Part shown: positions 57,175 to 64,000 of the stretch, piece after piece
Numbering within the stretch: position 1 is the stretch's first letter
Layout: each line of letters opens with the position of its first letter
IMG/VR virus record: IMGVR_UViG_3300042484_001840
Location: 81,043 to 145,042 of that record
Length of the DNA stretch: 64,000 nucleotides
Reading direction: 5' to 3' (one strand)
Source of the DNA: a virus
Notes under the pieces: model-generated
What the model was told of the DNA's origin: nothing
Database searches by the model: none
What the model saw: only the letters and a program-made list of their open reading frames with translations
Made by a program: the position numbers and the translations under genes

Positions 57175-58512
57175 TTAGCCTGTTACTACTACTCGGTAAG
57201 AAGAAGCACCAGGCGCGACACTGAAAGTAACTTGAACTCTGTTGACCGAGGACCGAACAACATCTGTAAAAACAGTGTCGTACGAGGCTGAGTCAAAAAC
57301 TTGAACTGTGACATCGCGCGTATTGAAGTTGTGGTCAATATCAAATGTTGTCGCAACGCCAGTTACTGTTTGCGAAGCAACACGAGCCAATGCTGGGGTG
57401 TTGGTTGTGCCTCCAGTGATGTCGCCAGCAAGGTTAGTTCGTGCGCCACCAGCAGTACCTGAGCCAGTACCACCATCTGCGACAGCAATATCAGTGCCGT
57501 TCCATGTACCAGTTGTGATGGTTCCAAGGGTTGTAATTGTTGCTTGACCAACATAGTTAGTTGAAATGTCAATTGCGTCAGACGAAACAGAAATACGGTT
57601 TTCTGTTCCGACGGCATCAATTTTGTTACCGTCTTTAGTTAAACCGTTTCCAGCAATACTTTGACCAGCAGATGAGAACTGAACGAAAGTGAGGTTGGTC
57701 GTATTGAGGGTGATAGTGCCGTCTGTTGTAAGAACCCAACCCGAGTCAGACCATGCTGTTCCTTGCTCAATAAAAACAAACAAGCCCGGCGTAACTTCAG
57801 ATGATGCGTTAGCGTCTGATGCTCGTGTTAAGACCCAAGGGTTTGAACCGTCACCAGCGTCAGTGACAGTGTAAATACCGTTATAGGGGGCATTGCTGGA
57901 AGTCTCATTTTTGACAAGGATACGAACACCCTCATCAACACCACGAGTCAATGTCGTTCCGTCAACAACTAGAGCGGCGTTTGCCGATGCTGTCAAAACA
58001 TTAGATAAGAATGTGTATCCAGACAAAACAGCGTTAGTTGCCAATTTTGCTGATTGCTTGACATCTAGACCCGAGCGAGCAGCATCAACATATGCTTTGT
58101 TGGCTGCGTCAAGATCATTTTCTGGTGCCGTTACCTGTAGGCGACCATTAGCATCTCGCACTGCCAAGGTTCCGTTTGTATTGGATGCTGTGGCATTATT
58201 TAATAGGGTGTAAAAAGCACTCGTTAAAAGACCAGCGTTGCTTCCGTCAGCAAGGTTGAGAGTGAGGGTGATTTCCCCCGCGTTGCTTTCGCCAACCGTC
58301 AGGGCGCTAGCGTAAGTTCCAGCGGATGTAACGCCATTGATAAGCGTTTCCCAAGCCGCACCTGTGTAGTATTTTACAGCATCGTCGCCCGTATGGTAAA
58401 ACATACGACCTTCAAATAGGTTGCTATCAGGATTAGCGCCAAGTTTTTCAAATGTACCATTTAGAATCTGATTGCTATTCAGATCTAAATTTGTAAGAAA
58501 TTTTGTTGCCAT
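57175..58512 (-). CDS. tail fibre/virion protein
   Basis: DAANKAYVD, RILVKNE...NGIY...LTRASD, AVADGGTG. Confidence 0.82.
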   Translation of the reverse strand: MATKFLTNLDLNSNQILNGTFEKLGANPDSNLFEGRMFYHTGDDAVKYYTGAAWETLINGVTSAGTYASALTVGESNAGEITLTLNLADGSNAGLLTSAFYTLLNNATASNTNGTLAVRDANGRLQVTAPENDLDAANKAYVDAARSGLDVKQSAKLATNAVLSGYTFLSNVLTASANAALVVDGTTLTRGVDEGVRILVKNETSSNAPYNGIYTVTDAGDGSNPWVLTRASDANASSEVTPGLFVFIEQGTAWSDSGWVLTTDGTITLNTTNLTFVQFSSAGQSIAGNGLTKDGNKIDAVGTENRISVSSDAIDISTNYVGQATITTLGTITTGTWNGTDIAVADGGTGSGTAGGARTNLAGDITGGTTNTPALARVASQTVTGVATTFDIDHNFNTRDVTVQVFDSASYDTVFTDVVRSSVNRVQVTFSVAPGASSYRVVVTG

Positions 58513-58524
58513 TGAATTTATCCT

Positions 58525-59010
58525 TTAGGTCAAATACGCATAGCCCGAAAAAGGCGCAGTAAAAGATACACGCACCTGAGATGTACTTATATATGATACT
58601 TCCCCAATAACCGTTGTAGATGCAGTATCAACCACAGTTACGCTTGGATACCCACCTAGGGTGTGATTAATGGTCCATGTGGAAGATGCTGATGCCTGAG
58701 TATGAACATGACGAGTTGTTGCACCGGGGATAAAAAATGGAGATGCAGGCCATCCTGACGATGTTTTTGGTCCCCATAATGAACTATTTGTAGTATTTAC
58801 ATATATTTCACCAACTCTGCCAATGTTGGAGGTCGGGTTTGTGGTTCCAGTGACAATTCCAAGACCCTTTGACCCCGAAATGCCAACTAACGAAACAAGG
58901 ACATTAGTAGTTTCCTCATTTACGGAAACAAGGTTGCGTAACTGGTCGGGGGCATTCTCAATATTTAGTTTTGTTACTTCTTGGACTACCGAGACATTGA
59001 CATCGGTCAT
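58525..59010 (-). CDS. virion structural protein
   Basis: WGPK..GW; WTINHxLGxYPSVTVVD. Confidence 0.78.
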   Translation of the reverse strand: MTDVNVSVVQEVTKLNIENAPDQLRNLVSVNEETTNVLVSLVGISGSKGLGIVTGTTNPTSNIGRVGEIYVNTTNSSLWGPKTSSGWPASPFFIPGATTRHVHTQASASSTWTINHTLGGYPSVTVVDTASTTVIGEVSYISTSQVRVSFTAPFSGYAYLT

Positions 59011-59354
59011 CTAGTGACCTCTAATTCAAGTTTTATTTTACCTTTTAAGATGCGAAACACTCTACTTTGTGCGTCAACGATCTCAATGTCGTACACGCCA
59101 TCCGAAGTCATCAGGGCAGTATCCGCGGCAAGGATAACTAAAGTAACTGTACCTTCATCGCCACCGAGTGTAATTCCACCATTTGCGGTGGTTAGTGATT
59201 TGACGATAGTAGAAGAGTCAATTTCTGTTCTAATTTGCATACGAGCGGTAAAGCCCGTCAAATCATATATTGAATCATCGGAATTAGTTATAGTTACAAC
59301 ACGCTCAAAATGAGCGCCCTGGTCAATTGTAAAGTTATAATTGCCAGCAAGCAC
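59007..59354 (-). CDS. baseplate-upper/adaptor-like structural protein
   Basis: IDQGA...DLTG.TARMQIR...VYDIEI; GTG start after GGAGG. Confidence 0.75.
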   Translation of the reverse strand: MLAGNYNFTIDQGAHFERVVTITNSDDSIYDLTGFTARMQIRTEIDSSTIVKSLTTANGGITLGGDEGTVTLVILAADTALMTSDGVYDIEIVDAQSRVFRILKGKIKLELEVTR

Positions 59355-59476
59355 ACTAAACCTCCAAAACAATGGCTACAACTAATTCTAGCCCTAAATG
59401 TGACAGTTTTACAGCATATAAGCAAACGGAGCGGTCAGGAGGGTACCGCTCCGTTGCTCTCCTTGTCGGGAGGACC

Positions 59477-59743
59477 TTATTCTTCGTCGGTATCTTCGTC
59501 TAGGTCATCATTATCGCTATAAAAGAATGATGCATCTAATTCTCTAGTCATCATAATTTCTCTGGCACAATCAAGCATTCCCGTACCAAGCCAAGTAGTC
59601 ATCCCATCGGATGTCCCAAGGTGAAGGTCGCGAGAATCATTATCAAGTACTTCGGCAATAATGATCCAGTTTGTGATCATTTGCTCTGGGAACGCCTCGG
59701 ATATTAGACCCTGTAGATCTTTATCATCGTAAGGATTTCCCAT
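59477..59743 (-). CDS. acidic hypothetical protein (W...GML motif)
   Basis: ORF, probably leaderless (TAAAAT 6 nt upstream). Confidence 0.7.
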   Translation of the reverse strand: MGNPYDDKDLQGLISEAFPEQMITNWIIIAEVLDNDSRDLHLGTSDGMTTWLGTGMLDCAREIMMTRELDASFFYSDNDDLDEDTDEE

Positions 59744-59788
59744 TTATATATTTTAGCAGTCAAATGAGACTAAAGAATTAAACTAAAA

Positions 59789-62596
59789 TCATGCCTGTAC
59801 AATGAAAATCTTTCCACCACTAGGTCCAGTATCCCCAACGGTGTATGACCGATAAGCCAAAAATGAGCGTACAGGGCGTACAAAAGCATTTGTTGTTTTT
59901 GTTTGACCATTTAGACTACCAGTATCTATTCTTTGCGTCCATGCCAAGGATGAACTGTTGAGGTACTCAGTTGAAGTCCAGTATGCGCCAGTCTGAAGGT
60001 CACCAATAGCCTCCCTCTGAATACGCAATTGAGCAAATTCATCCTTTGATGGCAAAAACCAGTCAGAATAACCGCCATAAACTAAATCTGCACAATACGC
60101 AGAGGCGTTAGTTGACGCAACACCACCAGTATCAGCAATGATATCTATTGTATTTTGCGCTCCAGTACCAATAGCAACGCCATCAGCGGCAGTCAGTCCC
60201 CCAGTATTCGCAACAATAAATGCCTCATCTAATGAGCCATCACTATTTAGGCGAGCAATAAAGTCAGTTATGGTAGTGCCAATTGTTACAAAAGTACCAC
60301 CAATAATAATTTTTCCACTAGACTGAATTTCCACACCTTGGACACCCGCACTAGGAGTGCCATTGCCAATGAATGATGTGTCCAATGAGCCATTGCTATT
60401 CAGACGAACAAGATTGTTTGCTGTCGTGTCATTGAATGCAGTAAAATTTCCACCTACAACTATTTTACCGTCAGACTGAATTCCCATATCATAAACACCA
60501 AGAGTTGCAGTAAATCCAGTACCAGCATTTGTAGTAAATGCGGTATCTAATGAGCCATCGCTATTCAGTCTTGCAATTCTATTTACGGTAGTCCCATTGA
60601 ATGAAGTTATACCGCCACCTACTAATATTTTACCATCAGACTGAATTTGTATTACAAAAACAGTGTTAATAAATCCAGTACCAGCAGCGGCAACGAAATC
60701 GGTGTCTAATGAACCACCACTATTTAGACGAGTTAAATACCTTGTAGTAGTTCCATCAAATGTAGTAAAATATCCACCTACAACTATTTTACCGTCAGAC
60801 TGAATTTTAATTGCTGAAACAATGTAATTAAATCCAGCACCAGTAGCAGTATCAAAATCAGTATCTAATGAACCATTACTATTTAGGCGAGTTAAATAAT
60901 TTACGGTAGTTCCGTTGAATGTAGTAAATTGACCACCTACAACTATTTTGCCGTCAGACTGAATTTCAATTGCTTCAACAACGCCATTAAATCCAGTACC
61001 AGTGTTAGTTGTAAAAGTTGTATCTAAAGTGCCATCAGAATTTAAGCGAACAATACGACCTACGGTAGTTCCATTGAATGTCGTGAAAGAACCACCTACA
61101 AGTATTTTTCCGTCAGACTGAATTGCTATATAACTAACGGAGTGACTAAATCCAGTACCAGTAGTAAACGAGTTATCTAATGAGCCATCGCTATTCAGGC
61201 GAATTAAACAATTTACAATTATATTATTGAATGAAGTAAAACCACCACCAACAAGTATTCTTCCGTCAGACTGCGTTTTAGTTATATAAACGACCAGATT
61301 GGCACCCGCCTCAACCACACCAGAAGATGGTGCCCAAAGTCTAGTTACTTCTTGAGAGGCTGGCGCAACTTCAAAACATGTTATTGGAGTAAAAAATTCC
61401 TTACAGATGTGTTGAATCGTAAAACCCATTGGGCGTGATTTTTCTACAGCATTAATCACTGTCTCGGAGTCTTCTAAGACAACCCCACCTGGAGTTTCCG
61501 ATGTATATGTTTCAAGGGTAATAGTCCACGGGTTGACAATTGGATCTACTATATAATTTACGGTTTTCGTGCCAGTAAGAACAGTTTGAGCAGATTCAAT
61601 GATTGCAGTCTTTGTTCCAGCGTTGTGACCTATTCTTGCTGTCGTAATCTGATCTCGTCGCCCTTGGACAAAGTTGTTGTCAGAAGTATCGTATGACTCA
61701 ATTTCATCCCAATCCGCCGTAGCGTTACCGTCAGCAGGATCGTCTATTAATGATACAAAAGAAGCCCATGTAGTTGGCAAGTTACCCCACGGAGTAGAGC
61801 CACCAGCAGATTGACTGAGTTTTGTGCCAACAATCTGGGCAAGCCAAGGAAGGAATTCCTTGTTCGCTACTTGTGGTTCAACTAAAGAACTTTTTGTTGA
61901 GTTGTCCGTTGCGTCATATCCGCCATCAATATCCAAATAGGGGAATGAGTCAAGTTCGTCAACTGCCTTACCTGCATAAGCCAAACCAACATCCATGAGC
62001 CTTAGCATGGGGAAATTGGGCGCTGTTTGCTCCGAGTCTTTTTCTATAAAAAATACTGGCATCCGTTCCATGCACATACGCAAAAAGAGGTTATTTCTAA
62101 TTGCATAGGTGTTAGTCAAAACTGGGTGGGCTAAATAAATTGCTGAGTTATTGTGATTTACAATTTGGATTGTTGTGGTGAAACCAGTATTTCCCTCAGT
62201 TGGGGGGACTACGATCTCTGGTCCACGAACAATTCCCCATGTGAGGGCGTTTAATACTGTTGTGACTGAACTGCTATCGCCATACGAAGAAGTGACAGTT
62301 ACGGTTGCGGTTACTTTAGACTCACAATAGATGCGACCATAAAATGTAATGAAGTCATTCTTGTACGAAGATGGTAATTGAATCTGTTCGTGTTGTAATG
62401 TTACTTGACTAGAGGACGATGGGGTCACCTTTAGCGTATGGTATTGATTTTTAAATCTAAATGAAAAATCAACACTTGATGTTCCATTTGTGGTTTGCCA
62501 AGTTCCAGTAGATGTATTGAAATAAAAATCTTCTGGATCAAGTAAATTTCTACAACTACCACTTAGGCTTTCCGCAGCATCAGAACTAGTAGCCAT
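59789..62596 (-). CDS. baseplate wedge/tail protein fused to delta-60 beta-propeller repeats and DUF1566-like module
   Basis: FLPWLAQIVG (gpI-like); about 7 QSDGKIxVGGxF...RLNSDGSLD repeats; DWFLPSKDE...VRPVRSF. Confidence 0.82.
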   Translation of the reverse strand: MATSSDAAESLSGSCRNLLDPEDFYFNTSTGTWQTTNGTSSVDFSFRFKNQYHTLKVTPSSSSQVTLQHEQIQLPSSYKNDFITFYGRIYCESKVTATVTVTSSYGDSSSVTTVLNALTWGIVRGPEIVVPPTEGNTGFTTTIQIVNHNNSAIYLAHPVLTNTYAIRNNLFLRMCMERMPVFFIEKDSEQTAPNFPMLRLMDVGLAYAGKAVDELDSFPYLDIDGGYDATDNSTKSSLVEPQVANKEFLPWLAQIVGTKLSQSAGGSTPWGNLPTTWASFVSLIDDPADGNATADWDEIESYDTSDNNFVQGRRDQITTARIGHNAGTKTAIIESAQTVLTGTKTVNYIVDPIVNPWTITLETYTSETPGGVVLEDSETVINAVEKSRPMGFTIQHICKEFFTPITCFEVAPASQEVTRLWAPSSGVVEAGANLVVYITKTQSDGRILVGGGFTSFNNIIVNCLIRLNSDGSLDNSFTTGTGFSHSVSYIAIQSDGKILVGGSFTTFNGTTVGRIVRLNSDGTLDTTFTTNTGTGFNGVVEAIEIQSDGKIVVGGQFTTFNGTTVNYLTRLNSNGSLDTDFDTATGAGFNYIVSAIKIQSDGKIVVGGYFTTFDGTTTRYLTRLNSGGSLDTDFVAAAGTGFINTVFVIQIQSDGKILVGGGITSFNGTTVNRIARLNSDGSLDTAFTTNAGTGFTATLGVYDMGIQSDGKIVVGGNFTAFNDTTANNLVRLNSNGSLDTSFIGNGTPSAGVQGVEIQSSGKIIIGGTFVTIGTTITDFIARLNSDGSLDEAFIVANTGGLTAADGVAIGTGAQNTIDIIADTGGVASTNASAYCADLVYGGYSDWFLPSKDEFAQLRIQREAIGDLQTGAYWTSTEYLNSSSLAWTQRIDTGSLNGQTKTTNAFVRPVRSFLAYRSYTVGDTGPSGGKIFIVQA

Positions 62597-62597
62597 A

Positions 62598-64000
62598 TTA
62601 AATGCTTTCTGTGGTTACGGAAGAGACGGGGAGCGTGCCTTTGAAGTTGAAAACAACATTGCCAGAAACATCTACTGATGCAAGTTCACTACTATTTGCA
62701 TTGACACTCATTGTGAATGAGTCAACATAGTCAACGCCAGAAATTTGAGAAACATCGGCAATCATCTGATTTTTACGAATTTGTGTTGTAAAAGGATATT
62801 CAGATGGAGATAAATAATTAGTTAAATATGAATCTATTTCTGTTCTAACATCAAGTGATGAATAGCCTTCAATGACGGCAACTGAAACCGTAACTGAAAT
62901 GTAAGCAAGAATAACATCGGTAATAGACACATCAAGACCACCAATGCATCTTGAAGCGATATCGTCAGCAATTACGCCCTTTTGTTCTGCCGTTAGACTA
63001 GCGCCAGTTGAATCTGATAAGAAAATTGTAATAGCGCCAGTCTGTTCAGCAGCATCAAATCGTACTGTGTCCAAGATCTCCACCTGAGGTGACTGCCCAC
63101 CTACGGTGGTTAGAACGGTAGTTGCCGCTCCAGTATAAGAATATTCAGCAACTACGCTTCCACTAGCAACTACACTTGCATTAGTGCCTGAGATGCCCCA
63201 AATGGTTTCATAATCATTAATCCCAGTATTTGTAACTCGGACCGTTGAGGCTGCGCTCATAATGGGAAATGAGGCTGTTGGTAAGGTATAAAAACTTTCG
63301 CCAGTTGAAGTATATTTAATGGCATCATAGCCAGTTCCAGTATTGGCGAAGACTGCCCGTACTACGCCTGCCGAGTACCTACCAAGTGAATCTGCCTCTA
63401 ATTTAACCAAACGAGTCAAGTCATATGTTTCTACACGGTAGGTGTCAGAGTAATTCGTCAAAATATAGTCTGTTGTCTGCGATGCCGTAGCCAATGAACG
63501 ACTAAGACTTCCGAGGTATGTCCGTGTACGGCTAAAGAATTCAGCGTCTGTTTCCGTTGCCTCACCTTGAACTAAGGTTCCATCAAATTGTGCGTCAATT
63601 AATTTGACAATTGGACTCAAAATTGTCAAAACTGTTCCATCAGCAATAACTGGTTTTGCGCCAGAAGTAATTGCCTTTACCTGCGTTGAAGCCGACTCCG
63701 TATCCCCGCTGGCAATAGTTACTGATGCCGTGGTCTCAAAGATATGAAGGACCACTTGGTCGTCAGTAGTCTCGTAGTATCCAACTTGAGTTCCAGCAGG
63801 AATCGTCAAGCCAGAATCATCAATTGCCGAAAAGATAACAGCACCAGAAGCAAATGTTGACTCAAGGCGATACATGCCCATGACGCGGAGCATTCCCTCA
63901 ATGAGGCTATTTGGAAGCCTATTGATCGCCCCTGTGACGAGACCTGAGACATACGCCATTGCCTGAAGCATGGCATCTTCCACGGTTCCTGTTCGTGGGT
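62598..64000 (-). CDS. baseplate J-like protein (5' end outside window)
   Basis: TIPAGT, G...ETDAEF..R, I.GVDYV motifs. Confidence 0.82.
   Translation of the reverse strand, partial: PRTGTVEDAMLQAMAYVSGLVTGAINRLPNSLIEGMLRVMGMYRLESTFASGAVIFSAIDDSGLTIPAGTQVGYYETTDDQVVLHIFETTASVTIASGDTESASTQVKAITSGAKPVIADGTVLTILSPIVKLIDAQFDGTLVQGEATETDAEFFSRTRTYLGSLSRSLATASQTTDYILTNYSDTYRVETYDLTRLVKLEADSLGRYSAGVVRAVFANTGTGYDAIKYTSTGESFYTLPTASFPIMSAASTVRVTNTGINDYETIWGISGTNASVVASGSVVAEYSYTGAATTVLTTVGGQSPQVEILDTVRFDAAEQTGAITIFLSDSTGASLTAEQKGVIADDIASRCIGGLDVSITDVILAYISVTVSVAVIEGYSSLDVRTEIDSYLTNYLSPSEYPFTTQIRKNQMIADVSQISGVDYVDSFTMSVNANSSELASVDVSGNVVFNFKGTLPVSSVTTESI

Noticed and set aside
59860-59990. Second DUF1566-like copy as the DGR template repeat
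   Set aside because: It is coding, too divergent from 50741-50872, and differences are not confined to adenines
60230-61280. About 170-bp DNA repeats as a mobile element
   Set aside because: They encode delta-60 beta-propeller blades within one ORF
1-64000. tRNA/rRNA genes, integrase, transposase, bacterial chromosome origin
   Set aside because: No cloverleaf or recombinase motifs recognised by eye; no dnaA, dnaN or gyrB context. A tRNAscan run would be needed to be sure

Overview
A 64-kb slice of a large tailed phage, probably a myovirus (baseplate J/wedge genes). The host is probably an actinobacterium (two WhiB genes, DUF732-like lipoproteins, leaderless genes, Gram-positive/actinobacterial-type SOS boxes). 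The window has three zones. (1) 1-23 kb is an early/host-takeover region of about 50 mostly tiny genes. Most have their own near-consensus sigma70/SigA promoter (TTGTAA/TTGACA-17 bp-TATACT/TATAAT) and a shared ACTACTAC-RBS leader. (2) 23-38 kb holds replication and nucleotide genes (primase-helicase, ThyX, class II RNR, DNA methyltransferase, terminase-small-like HTH, HipA/PI3K-like kinase). (3) 38-64 kb is a virion-modification cluster (glycosyltransferases, methyltransferases, 2OG-Fe(II) oxygenase, flavin halogenase) joined to Gly-rich, collagen-like and baseplate genes. The most striking signal is non-coding and confined to the first 23 kb: about 45-50 DnaA boxes in seven clusters, six tandem LexA/SOS boxes, CRP-like and GlnR/MtrA-like sites, and 38 hand-counted copies of CGGGGCT/AGCCCCG, with none noticed in the remaining 41 kb. 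I infer a host-protein decoy/hijack platform. A second highlight is a virion protein with a mirror-symmetric Cys ladder/His-rich hairpin and a circularly permuted C-type-lectin-like module whose codons resemble a DGR variable region. All family assignments come from motif recognition and all counts are by eye; no database searches were run.
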